Origin: Prevotella sp. | Lineage (GTDB): Bacteria > Bacteroidota > Bacteroidia > Bacteroidales > Dysgonomonadaceae | Direction of reading: 5' to 3' | NCBI GenBank assembly: GCA_031285625.1 | Contig: JAITVV010000056.1 | Span: forward strand, 128,001 to 192,000 | Length of the DNA stretch: 64,000 bases | Shown: positions 31,320 to 40,564 of the stretch, in pieces | How the letters are laid out: every line of letters begins with the position of its first letter | Numbering within the stretch: the first letter of the stretch is position 1 | Position numbers and translations under genes: made by a program | Notes under the pieces: generated by a model | Told to the model about the DNA's origin: nothing | Databases searched by the model: none | What the model saw: the letters and a program-made list of their open reading frames with translations, nothing else

Positions 31320-32337
31320 TTTTTTTCTTTGATTTGGGTTTATTTTCATATTTAGACCAACTCCAGTTTATCATCTGTCGAAGTCTTTTGAGAAATCGTT
31401 TAGAAGGTTTATCCCTGAGATAAGATTCGATATGCCTTTTTTTCTTCTCCTCCAATATTTCATCCACATTGATAAGAATTCCTGTCTCTTCCACATTACC
31501 GAATGTATCATTTATTGCGGTTCCAAATACTTTCATTTGTGGAGACAAACTCATATATGCATTTACCAGAGGGGGAATATTTAAATCTAATTTACGGACA
31601 GAAGTATTTAATATCTTGTAGTCTGCTTTAAAAGTTTCTCCATCAAAAAGCTTTTTTAGTTTTTTTCTGTCCGTTTCGATATTCAGAGCCTGCTTTGGCC
31701 AGATCAATGTATCCGGATCAGGAAAATACTTATTTAGAAAAAACAGTATCATATCCCTGGCTTTGGTATTGTAGGTATCATACATAGTAACCTTACCAAA
31801 AAAATATTTCATAGACGGATCTGCAACTGACAATGCTCCTAATCCATCCCAAAGATTATCTAAGGCAAAGATACCTTTAGATCCTGCCAGCGTAGACTGA
31901 TATTCGAGAGTAACGAATGAGCGTCCTAATTCAAATGTATATGGAAGGTATTCCTTAATAAATTTTTTAGAAAAGTGGAAAAGATGGGACGTTGCCAAAA
32001 CCGGTTCGCCATTTTTATCAAAACAGATATCGGGCCCGCAAATGAAACGATATCCTCCGATTATCTCTTCAGCCTCAGGGTTCCATACAATTAGCTGTTT
32101 GTATGGGTTATCCATTATATCATATTCATCTATATCTATTGCTTTGCCTGTACCCCCTCCATAATATCGGAAAGCAATCTCACGCAAACGTCCGATTTCC
32201 AGCATCACATTCGGAGAATTATGATGGGTGATTATATAGATCTCATTGTTAGCCTTATTAGTATGCCTCAGAAATTTATCTTTGGTCAATTCGGCTTTCA
32301 ATAAAGTCTTATTAACAGGTGCGATGATTGTTTCCAT
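31267..32337 (-). CDS. N-acyl amino acid synthase, GlsB/ChoA-like GNAT (probable glycine-lipid N-acyltransferase)
   Basis: EIGRLREIAFR...DIDEYD, GGYR, ELGRSFV, IPPLVNAY; adjacent to an acyltransferase. Confidence 0.75.
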   Translation of the reverse strand: METIIAPVNKTLLKAELTKDKFLRHTNKANNEIYIITHHNSPNVMLEIGRLREIAFRYYGGGTGKAIDIDEYDIMDNPYKQLIVWNPEAEEIIGGYRFICGPDICFDKNGEPVLATSHLFHFSKKFIKEYLPYTFELGRSFVTLEYQSTLAGSKGIFALDNLWDGLGALSVADPSMKYFFGKVTMYDTYNTKARDMILFFLNKYFPDPDTLIWPKQALNIETDRKKLKKLFDGETFKADYKILNTSVRKLDLNIPPLVNAYMSLSPQMKVFGTAINDTFGNVEETGILINVDEILEEKKKRHIESYLRDKPSKRFLKRLRQMINWSWSKYENKPKSKKKNEGFFTISRRSTRNRRD

Positions 32338-32343
32338 CTATTA

Positions 32344-33171
32344 TTATTTTGTTTTCGCCAGATTGTATGATTTTTCTTTAACATATTCAGCCCATTCTGA
32401 AATGCTCCTCGAATTATCGAAATGCGAATAAGGAATAGGTTCTCCAAATATTACAGAAAAACGTTTATTTTTATTTTTAAACATCTCATCAGGCAAAAGG
32501 ATCAATTCAATATTGAATTTTATGCCCAGACGTTTTCTTATATTTGCAAATCTATAAAAGAAATTTGAATTTTTCCCTTCAAAGTGTATAGGAACGATAT
32601 CTCTTTTAGATTCTATAGCTTTTAATATGAAATTCTTTTGCCAGTCCAAATCATATATTTTTCCATTCACCCGACGTGAACATAACCCTGCCGGAAAGGT
32701 AATAATCTGATTGTCCGAATTATATGCTTCATTTAACGTAGTAGTTGCCTGCTTCGATTGACGTCCGTATTTATTAACCGGCAGAAATATGGGTTGCAGA
32801 TTTTTTATAAAATAGAGCACATCATTTACTACATACTTAATCTTTTTATTAAACTGCTTACCAATTACAGCAGACAAACAAATACCATCAAGCCCGCCTA
32901 AGGGATGATTGGATGCAAAGATATATCTTCCGCTCCCTTGTATATTTTCTGCACCGGATAAATCTAAAGTAAGATTGAAATACCCCACAACAGCTTCCAT
33001 AAAGTCTACCCCCTGTTTATCCGCATAAATAGTGAGTATCTCATTTAATTCATTCAAGTGAATCTTACGTTTCAGGTAATTTATAACAAAGCGAGGAGTC
33101 TTATTATAAATTTGAGGGGCTTTCTCTTTTAATACCTTATCTAAGTCCAGTATCTGAGGTTCTTGGTTCAT
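32344..33171 (-). CDS. PlsC-superfamily acyltransferase (probable GlsA-like O-acyltransferase)
   Basis: NHPLGGLD (HxxxxD) and FPAG motifs; start placed at MNQEP. Confidence 0.78.
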   Translation of the reverse strand: MNQEPQILDLDKVLKEKAPQIYNKTPRFVINYLKRKIHLNELNEILTIYADKQGVDFMEAVVGYFNLTLDLSGAENIQGSGRYIFASNHPLGGLDGICLSAVIGKQFNKKIKYVVNDVLYFIKNLQPIFLPVNKYGRQSKQATTTLNEAYNSDNQIITFPAGLCSRRVNGKIYDLDWQKNFILKAIESKRDIVPIHFEGKNSNFFYRFANIRKRLGIKFNIELILLPDEMFKNKNKRFSVIFGEPIPYSHFDNSRSISEWAEYVKEKSYNLAKTK

Positions 33172-33364
33172 TCTCGAATTATCATATCCTTTCGAATGCA
33201 AAAATATTAATTAAAATCCATAATCAGGCTATTCTAATGTAATAACATGAGATACAACAGGAAAATATTATGTTATTATGACATTATATTTAAAAAAATC
33301 TAAATAATAACTTCAATAGATTTAATCTATTATTTTTGTCATCAGATAATAATTATAAACCAAA

Positions 33365-33781
33365 ATGAAGAATAAACTATTTATACCACTTATGCTCGTC
33401 TTACTATTTTCGTATAGTATGAATGTATCAGCTACAACAACAGATGAGCCTAAAAATGATAAATCACCTATAATAACTCTTACATCATCGAACTATGATA
33501 AAGAAATAAACGGAGGTTTGGTTTTTGTAGATTTCTGGGCACCATGGTGCGGCCCTTGTCGCCGGATGGCTCCTATACTGGATGAAATAGCAAAGGAATA
33601 TAAAGATAAGGTAAAGATAGGGAAGATGAACGTGGATAATTACAAGAAATTCGCATTAGATAAAGGCATACAAGCATTACCCACTATTGTTGTATATAAA
33701 GATGGTAAGGAAATTACCAGAATAAAAGGATTAGCATCCAAAAATGAATTAGTTGAGGTTATTACCGAGAACACAAAATAA
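33365..33781 (+). CDS. Exported thioredoxin
   Basis: Signal peptide plus DFWAPWCGPC. Confidence 0.9.
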   Translation: MKNKLFIPLMLVLLFSYSMNVSATTTDEPKNDKSPIITLTSSNYDKEINGGLVFVDFWAPWCGPCRRMAPILDEIAKEYKDKVKIGKMNVDNYKKFALDKGIQALPTIVVYKDGKEITRIKGLASKNELVEVITENTK

Positions 33782-33800
33782 GTTGAATAATTCATCTTAT

Positions 33801-35138
33801 TTAGTACATCTGTAACGACTCCCATATAAAAAGCTCTATTGCTTTCCGGGTACTCTCTGGCAAGTCTTGGTAACTAATGCTGCGGTATGTATTGTTTGCC
33901 AGACGTATAAGAAGATTGTCTAAATCGGGTTTTTGCATTGATGTCGGTTTTGCTTTAGCAGGTATATTATTATCTATAAGTTCTGAGTATAATTTGTAAG
34001 AACGGGAATTCCAAACGCATCTAAAGTGGAAATTAGTGTTACCTTTCTTTTTAAAGTCATGTACTTTTACCATTGGCATCCCATAGTTCTGTACATTAAA
34101 CTCTTTATACTTTTCGCTAGTAGTATTAAGATCTACTTCAAAATATCCACTCACAGCTCCTCTATCTTTGGCGATAGGATAGTGACAGATATCCAAATAT
34201 AGAGCGCAAATCTGTAGCAATGAGTTGTCAGGAACTGGTTGGTCTAGCTCAGGGTACGCTAAGTCTACCATCTTCTGTATGGTATTCGGAGAAAATCCTG
34301 TACCACCCATATAAGTCCCCTTCAAGTTGTATTCATAACTGTATCTGGCTCTTGCCCACGAAATTTCACGATAGTTGTCCTGGCTGTGTTTTTTGAGCTT
34401 GCTTTCCAGCTTGGCATCTCTTTTGGCATCGTTGGCATAGATGTAACCATCTACATAGATATAGTATAGGGGATCAATTCCTTTTATTGTGTGTATTCTT
34501 GAGCCTGCACTATGTCTCGACTGTCCCTCTTGCCACAGGTAATCTTTTGGATAGGCAGTATCTCCTTTCAAGTACTCAGTAGTTTCTCCGATTTTTTCTC
34601 CAAACCATTCCTGTCCTATGCCCTGATCCGAATCTTTGAACTCTGTACGTGTATAAATATTTCCTCTAAACACCGTTTTGAAAGGCCAGGGATTGTCTGC
34701 TATAAATTTTCGTAATCGTTCTGCTTCCTTTTTTTCTTTTTCTTGCCTTTCCTGGTAATCTTGCACATACGATAGTATTATTTCCTCTTCCTCTTCCGTA
34801 TTTTTATTAGATGAATATACCTGATAGATTTCTTGCATTGGCAAAACAAAATATTTATCTACACCAATGTCTTTTATTTTGAATGCACCCAGTATTGTTG
34901 TGCCTTCATGTAATACATCTATTCGATAATCTTTTTCTATATAAACAGAGTCAAAATAGTATCCTTTAGCGAAATATTGGACGCCCTTAAACTCATAATG
35001 AGGTAATCTTATTTCAGGCATAGGATTTGGCCTGTCTTTGAGAATATCTACTGGCGATTTTATTGGTTGGTCTTTTTGTGCATTTGCCATGTTGCAGAAT
35101 ATTAACATTAGTAAAAGAAAAGCGTGTAGTGTTTTCAT
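33801..35138 (-). CDS. Hypothetical exported protein, 445 aa
   Basis: Long ORF with signal peptide ending ANA-Q; no recognised motif. Confidence 0.7.
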   Translation of the reverse strand: MKTLHAFLLLMLIFCNMANAQKDQPIKSPVDILKDRPNPMPEIRLPHYEFKGVQYFAKGYYFDSVYIEKDYRIDVLHEGTTILGAFKIKDIGVDKYFVLPMQEIYQVYSSNKNTEEEEEIILSYVQDYQERQEKEKKEAERLRKFIADNPWPFKTVFRGNIYTRTEFKDSDQGIGQEWFGEKIGETTEYLKGDTAYPKDYLWQEGQSRHSAGSRIHTIKGIDPLYYIYVDGYIYANDAKRDAKLESKLKKHSQDNYREISWARARYSYEYNLKGTYMGGTGFSPNTIQKMVDLAYPELDQPVPDNSLLQICALYLDICHYPIAKDRGAVSGYFEVDLNTTSEKYKEFNVQNYGMPMVKVHDFKKKGNTNFHFRCVWNSRSYKLYSELIDNNIPAKAKPTSMQKPDLDNLLIRLANNTYRSISYQDLPESTRKAIELFIWESLQMY

Positions 35139-35213
35139 TATATGATCTTTGCCAGTTCAGTTAAAGTTTAATAATATAAATATAATTATTTTTTCATTTC
35201 GCAATATAATAGA

Positions 35214-35247
35214 AAAAGGGCTTCGTGAATATCACGAAGCCCCTTTT
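35214..35247 (-). terminator. Terminator after TPR protein gene
   Basis: GGGCTTCGTGA-ATA-TCACGAAGCCC with A and T flanks. Confidence 0.8.
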
Positions 35248-35263
35248 ATTTATCTAAATCCGA

Positions 35264-35971
35264 TTATTTCTGGCCTTTCATTATCATTGCTTCATCAATA
35301 TACTTGTCTGCTTCCATAGCTGCAGGAGAATTCATGTATTGATCTTTAATGATTGTAAATATTTCTATTACTTTATCATAATTGCCCTGACTTCTATATA
35401 TCAGGCCTGCTTTTTTGTATAAGATAGGACTTTGAGAAACATTATCCACTCCTTTAGCCCCTTTGATATAATAAGAAACAGCTTCATCTGATTTACCCAG
35501 GTTATCCAGGCAGTCTCCAATCGAACCATTCACCAACTGAGAAATAATTTTATCATCCCCACTGTAACCTTTCAGGTATTCAAGTCCTTTTTCATAGTTA
35601 CCCATATTAGCGTAACAAATACCTGCATATAGCTTAGCGAGTTTACCTGGTTTGGTCGATCCATATTCATCAGCAATAGATTCAAATCCAAGATATCCGT
35701 TTTTATCACCGTATACCGCTAATGAATCCTGGCCTGCTCTGAAATATTGTTCACCTTTAAACATAGCAACTTGTGCCTCTGTTGTTTTAGGACCTACAAT
35801 AAAATGATTATATGCCAGAAAAGCGCATACAACAACAACCACTACGCCAATACCGATCAGTAATTGTTTCTGATATTTCTCTATAAAGCGCTCTGATTCA
35901 ACAACTGCAGAACCAATACGTTCCCAGTCTTGTTCTTCACGCAATTCAGCTTGTTTCTTTTTAGAAGACAT
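35264..35971 (-). CDS. Membrane-anchored TPR protein (YfgM-like)
   Basis: Single N-terminal TM helix then TPR-like helices. Confidence 0.75.
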   Translation of the reverse strand: MSSKKKQAELREEQDWERIGSAVVESERFIEKYQKQLLIGIGVVVVVVCAFLAYNHFIVGPKTTEAQVAMFKGEQYFRAGQDSLAVYGDKNGYLGFESIADEYGSTKPGKLAKLYAGICYANMGNYEKGLEYLKGYSGDDKIISQLVNGSIGDCLDNLGKSDEAVSYYIKGAKGVDNVSQSPILYKKAGLIYRSQGNYDKVIEIFTIIKDQYMNSPAAMEADKYIDEAMIMKGQK

Positions 35972-36072
35972 CTTTTAATTATTATAATATTATATACTTT
36001 CGTTTATTCTGAAATTCGCAGCGACAAAAATAGGTGTTTTCTCCTTATAAATAAAATCTTAGCTACTTTTTT

Positions 36073-37350
36073 TTATTCGGTATAAAATTTAATAAGTTGT
36101 TCAAGCGCACTTTGACATGCAGGACAAAAATCCCTACAGGTATTTGTCTTCATCCTGCAATCAATTGCAGGACGATAAATTCCTTTAGAAGAATAACCTG
36201 CACCTTCGAATACACCTAGCGGATATTTTTCTGCCAAATTAATATCTGTGGGAACAGGAGTACCTTCCAGTAAAATACTACTCCACTTAGACTTGAAATC
36301 GACCAAAGTAGTTATATTCGGTTCCCATGGCTCTATATCAAAAGGATATGTATCACTAAACGTGTCGTTTTCATAAAAATATTCATCAGCCAGCCCTCCA
36401 AAACTATGTCCGAATTCGTGAACAACAACAGGATTAAAGTCAGGATGCCCTGTGGTGGTTAATGTATAAGAATTGAAGATGCCCCCTCCCCCATACACAT
36501 CGGTGTTTGCCAATATAATAATGTGTCCATAAGGTATACCAGCTATAGCATCATGAATATCTTTTACATTTGTTGTGGTCAGATATCTGTCCGAATAGAA
36601 TGTATCAAAGTGCGAATGAAAAGCTGTTTCATTCCATTTACTTTCCCGGGGCACGCTTACCCCCGAATCTTCGGATATCGTTTCTACAGCTATAAAATTA
36701 AATTTATCCTGCATCTTATTAAATGGAGTATGCGCCAATATCTGTCCACATGCTCTTTTTGCATGTTCTCTGAATTTATCCATCTCTGAGGCAGTATATC
36801 CTTCTGCTAAAATAACTACATTAATGCATTTATCTACAGGATTCCCCTGATGAATAACTGTATATGCTGGTATATTCTTCAGTCCTTTTTTCTTTATAAG
36901 AATATCGTTAGGGTCTACAACATGTTTCAATGCTATTCTATACAAACCATCTTTCTCACGCAGACTCACTTCTACTTCAACTTTGTTTTTAGGATAAGGT
37001 AGCAAAAATGTGTTTTCAAAGCTTCTTCTTACTGCAGTTGCTTCAGGTATACTCTGCCACTCCTGAAAGAGAGAGCTGAACGAATCTCGATAAATGCACT
37101 TACCCGAACTTATATCCGTCACTTTTACCTGACCATTACCCATTCGTCCCAATTCAGACAAACGATGCCTCCTTCCTGCCCATTTAGGCAATTGATTCAA
37201 CTGTTCTAAAGATACAGTTTGAGATACAGCATCTCCGGTAAATATATAATCTACGCGTAATGTTTTATCAATAAAATAGGTATTGAAATCCTGCGAATGG
37301 ACGCCTATTGTTAATAAAAATAAGGAAATCGTTAATAGGAAATATTTCAT
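36073..37350 (-). CDS. Peptidase M64 (IgA peptidase-like metalloprotease)
   Basis: Signal peptide; HEFGHSFGGLADEY; C-terminal CRM...FCPAC. Confidence 0.9.
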   Translation of the reverse strand: MKYFLLTISLFLLTIGVHSQDFNTYFIDKTLRVDYIFTGDAVSQTVSLEQLNQLPKWAGRRHRLSELGRMGNGQVKVTDISSGKCIYRDSFSSLFQEWQSIPEATAVRRSFENTFLLPYPKNKVEVEVSLREKDGLYRIALKHVVDPNDILIKKKGLKNIPAYTVIHQGNPVDKCINVVILAEGYTASEMDKFREHAKRACGQILAHTPFNKMQDKFNFIAVETISEDSGVSVPRESKWNETAFHSHFDTFYSDRYLTTTNVKDIHDAIAGIPYGHIIILANTDVYGGGGIFNSYTLTTTGHPDFNPVVVHEFGHSFGGLADEYFYENDTFSDTYPFDIEPWEPNITTLVDFKSKWSSILLEGTPVPTDINLAEKYPLGVFEGAGYSSKGIYRPAIDCRMKTNTCRDFCPACQSALEQLIKFYTE

Positions 37351-37540
37351 AGAAAGATTCGTTTAAACTATAACAAAGATATAAAATTAATAACAGAATG
37401 AGGATTTTAGCTATATCAACTTATTCTATTTCTTAATGGATAGTGTGAAAATTTAAACTTTTTTTGATTTTTCATATTATGCATTCTTGTATAATTGATT
37501 AGCTTTGCATCCGAATACACTATAAGTTCGAGGTCTCTAG

Positions 37541-40333
37541 ATGAGGAAGTTTCAGTTTGTGATGTATACTCTTTTGTTTGTCTTGTTTTCTGTACCTTTC
37601 TGGGGTGCACAAATCAGCCGTACAGAATATCGAACAATGCATTCACAGCAAGTATTAGATTCTCTCCCTCCAGATTCCTCCAGACTCGCAAAACGCATTC
37701 GTCCCAGCAGGGACTCGGTTCGAAGCATGCAGAATGATTCAATACGAATGCGCGGTGATTCTTTACCTTCCGATACTACAAAGAAAAAGAAAGCTGTACT
37801 GGATGCTATTGTAGACTATACAGCAAATGACTCTATCGTTCTTACTTCCGGAAACTGGGGATACCTCTATGGAGAAAGTGAAGTGAAATATACAGACATA
37901 TCCCTTAAAGGTGAAAAGATATGGATGAATATGGATAGCAGCCTTGTATATGCTACATATGGTCTTGATTCTATTGGTAAAGAGTTTGGCTATCCCGTTT
38001 TCACCGACAAAGGAACGGATTATGAGTCTAAAACGATGAAATATAACTTTAAGACAAAAAAAGGTTATATCACCAACGTAATTACAACACAAGGAGAAGG
38101 CTATATTGTAGCCAATCAGGCGAAAAAGAACGAGGATAACTCTTTCTTTATGCGCGATGGCAAATACACAACTTGTGATGATCATGAACATCCCCATTTT
38201 TATCTGGCATTGACCAAGGCTAAAGTCAAACCCAAAAAGAATGTGGTAACAGGGCCGGCCTATCTTGTAATAGAGGACCTGCCTCTGCCTATAGGATTGC
38301 CTTTCGGATTTTTTCCTTTCTCTGATAAGTATTCATCAGGGGTTATAATGCCTTCTTATGGAGACGAGCTGGAAAGAGGTTTTAACCTTCGCGATGGTGG
38401 ATATTATTTTGCGATTAGCGATAATATCGATTTAGCTCTCACAGGTGAAATCTATACAAAAGGATCATGGGGAGTGAATGCCCGTTCTACCTATCGTAAA
38501 CGTTATAAGTATTCAGGCTCATTCGATGCCGGTTATCTGGTAACTAAAACAGGAGAAAAAGGTATCGATTACAGTCTGGCTAAGGATATGAGAATAAACT
38601 GGACACACTCACAAGACCCTAAAGCAAATATGTTTCGTACATTGTCTGCAAATGTTCAGTTTTCAACAAGTACCTATGACCGTAATAATCTGAACAGTCA
38701 TTTTACACCGATGGGTACTCAAAACACAAAAAGTTCGAGTGTAAACCTCACTCAGAAGATACCAAACTCACCCTGGAGTATATCGGCTAACATGAGTGTT
38801 GCCCAACGTACTCAGGATTCAAGTATATCCCTCACACTGCCGAATATTACTGTCACAATGAGCCGTATTGCCCCATTTAAAAGAAAAGAAGCAGTAGGTT
38901 CGGAGCGTTGGTATGAAAAAATACAGTTGAGTTATACAGGAGATTTCAGGAACAGTATAGATACAAAAGAAAACCTTTTGTTTAAATCAAACTTGCAGAA
39001 AGACTGGAAAAATGCGATGAAACATACAATTCCAATTTCTGCAACATTCAGTGCTTTTAACTATCTGAATATAACACCTTCAATCAATTATACAGAACGG
39101 TGGTATACAAGTAAAATAGAAGAGAGATGGAATAGTATGACCCGCAGACATGAAGTGGTGGATACAACCTACTCTTTCAACCGTGTATATGACTTTAATA
39201 TCGCCCTCGGGTTCCAGACAAAGCTATACGGGATGTTCACCCCGGTTTTTTCAAAAACAACTCAAATCCGGCATGTTTTTACCCCTAGTATAAGTTTAAG
39301 TTATGCTCCCGATTTTAGCAATTCGGGCTTTGGATTTTATGAAAGCTACTATTACTACGATGCTGAGGGAAAATGGGTAGAGCATAAATATTCACCGTTC
39401 AAGCAAGGTATGTTCGGTACTGCTCCCCAAGGCGCCCAAGGGATGATCAATTTCAGTTTCGACAACAATGTGGAAATGAAAATGAGAACATCCAACGACT
39501 CTATTAAGAAAATAAGCCTGATAGACCAACTGGGCATTAATTTCAGTCACAACATGATGGCTAAGGAGTTTAAATGGAGTGATATCAATGCAAACCTTCG
39601 CCTTAAATTCAGCAAATCGTTTGTGGTTAATCTGAATGCCGCTTTCGATCCATATTTGTATAAAGCTGTCAAAAACAGCGATGGAGATATAACAAGTCTG
39701 GAAAGGGTTGATGAACTGCGTATTATGAATGGGAAAGGCTTTGGACGGTTAAAGAGCACGGGATATTCCATATCTCCATCCATTAATCAGGATACTTTCA
39801 AAAAACTGTTTGGAAGGGATATCAAAAAAGATGACAACAAAGATGAGACAACAGGTGAAGAGTCTACTGAAACAGCAGAGGGGGGTGAGCGTAAAAGCCT
39901 TCTGGAAGGAAAGAAAGACGACAATCAATATGATGAAGACGGATATATAAAAAATGATATAAAATGGAATCTGGGAATCAGTTTTTCCATGAACTATAAT
40001 ACGAATAAACTGCCAAAAAAATCAGATAGAGACGGTTATGCCGAATACAGAGGAAGTTTAACGAAGTCTCTAAGTCTGAACGGAAATATCCAACCTACCC
40101 GTAACTGGAGTTTCAACTTTAATGCCAGTTATGATTTTGATGCCGGAAAAATAGCTTATATGAGTTGTAATCTTACTCGTAATCTACACTGCTGGTCTAT
40201 TTCTGCCAGCTTCAATCCGGTAGGGCAATATAAAACATATTATGTATCTTTACGTGCAAGTTCTTCACTATTACAAGATTTGAAATACGAGCAACGGGGA
40301 CGTTCTTCCAGTTACGATCCTAACTGGGATTAA
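37541..40333 (+). CDS. lptD: Putative LPS-assembly protein LptD
   Basis: OstA-like N-region, YTTCD...HPHF, LPFGFFP, beta-barrel body, RNLHCW near C-terminus. Confidence 0.8.
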   Translation: MRKFQFVMYTLLFVLFSVPFWGAQISRTEYRTMHSQQVLDSLPPDSSRLAKRIRPSRDSVRSMQNDSIRMRGDSLPSDTTKKKKAVLDAIVDYTANDSIVLTSGNWGYLYGESEVKYTDISLKGEKIWMNMDSSLVYATYGLDSIGKEFGYPVFTDKGTDYESKTMKYNFKTKKGYITNVITTQGEGYIVANQAKKNEDNSFFMRDGKYTTCDDHEHPHFYLALTKAKVKPKKNVVTGPAYLVIEDLPLPIGLPFGFFPFSDKYSSGVIMPSYGDELERGFNLRDGGYYFAISDNIDLALTGEIYTKGSWGVNARSTYRKRYKYSGSFDAGYLVTKTGEKGIDYSLAKDMRINWTHSQDPKANMFRTLSANVQFSTSTYDRNNLNSHFTPMGTQNTKSSSVNLTQKIPNSPWSISANMSVAQRTQDSSISLTLPNITVTMSRIAPFKRKEAVGSERWYEKIQLSYTGDFRNSIDTKENLLFKSNLQKDWKNAMKHTIPISATFSAFNYLNITPSINYTERWYTSKIEERWNSMTRRHEVVDTTYSFNRVYDFNIALGFQTKLYGMFTPVFSKTTQIRHVFTPSISLSYAPDFSNSGFGFYESYYYYDAEGKWVEHKYSPFKQGMFGTAPQGAQGMINFSFDNNVEMKMRTSNDSIKKISLIDQLGINFSHNMMAKEFKWSDINANLRLKFSKSFVVNLNAAFDPYLYKAVKNSDGDITSLERVDELRIMNGKGFGRLKSTGYSISPSINQDTFKKLFGRDIKKDDNKDETTGEESTETAEGGERKSLLEGKKDDNQYDEDGYIKNDIKWNLGISFSMNYNTNKLPKKSDRDGYAEYRGSLTKSLSLNGNIQPTRNWSFNFNASYDFDAGKIAYMSCNLTRNLHCWSISASFNPVGQYKTYYVSLRASSSLLQDLKYEQRGRSSSYDPNWD

Positions 40334-40564
40334 TTATGAAGCAACCTCTTTATAGATATTTATCTATTATAGCAGATGTACTCGATTAGTAAAAAGTGAC
40401 ATGTAAAATTGACAGAGAGTTGTTACTTTTGTCACCTTTTAACAATATTACATTTAATTATCAGCTATTTACACATTTTACTTATTGTAACTTTTTACTT
40501 AAATGGCATTTGATATTATTGAAATGTTTACACAATTAATATATTTAACCTTAATTATTTAAAG

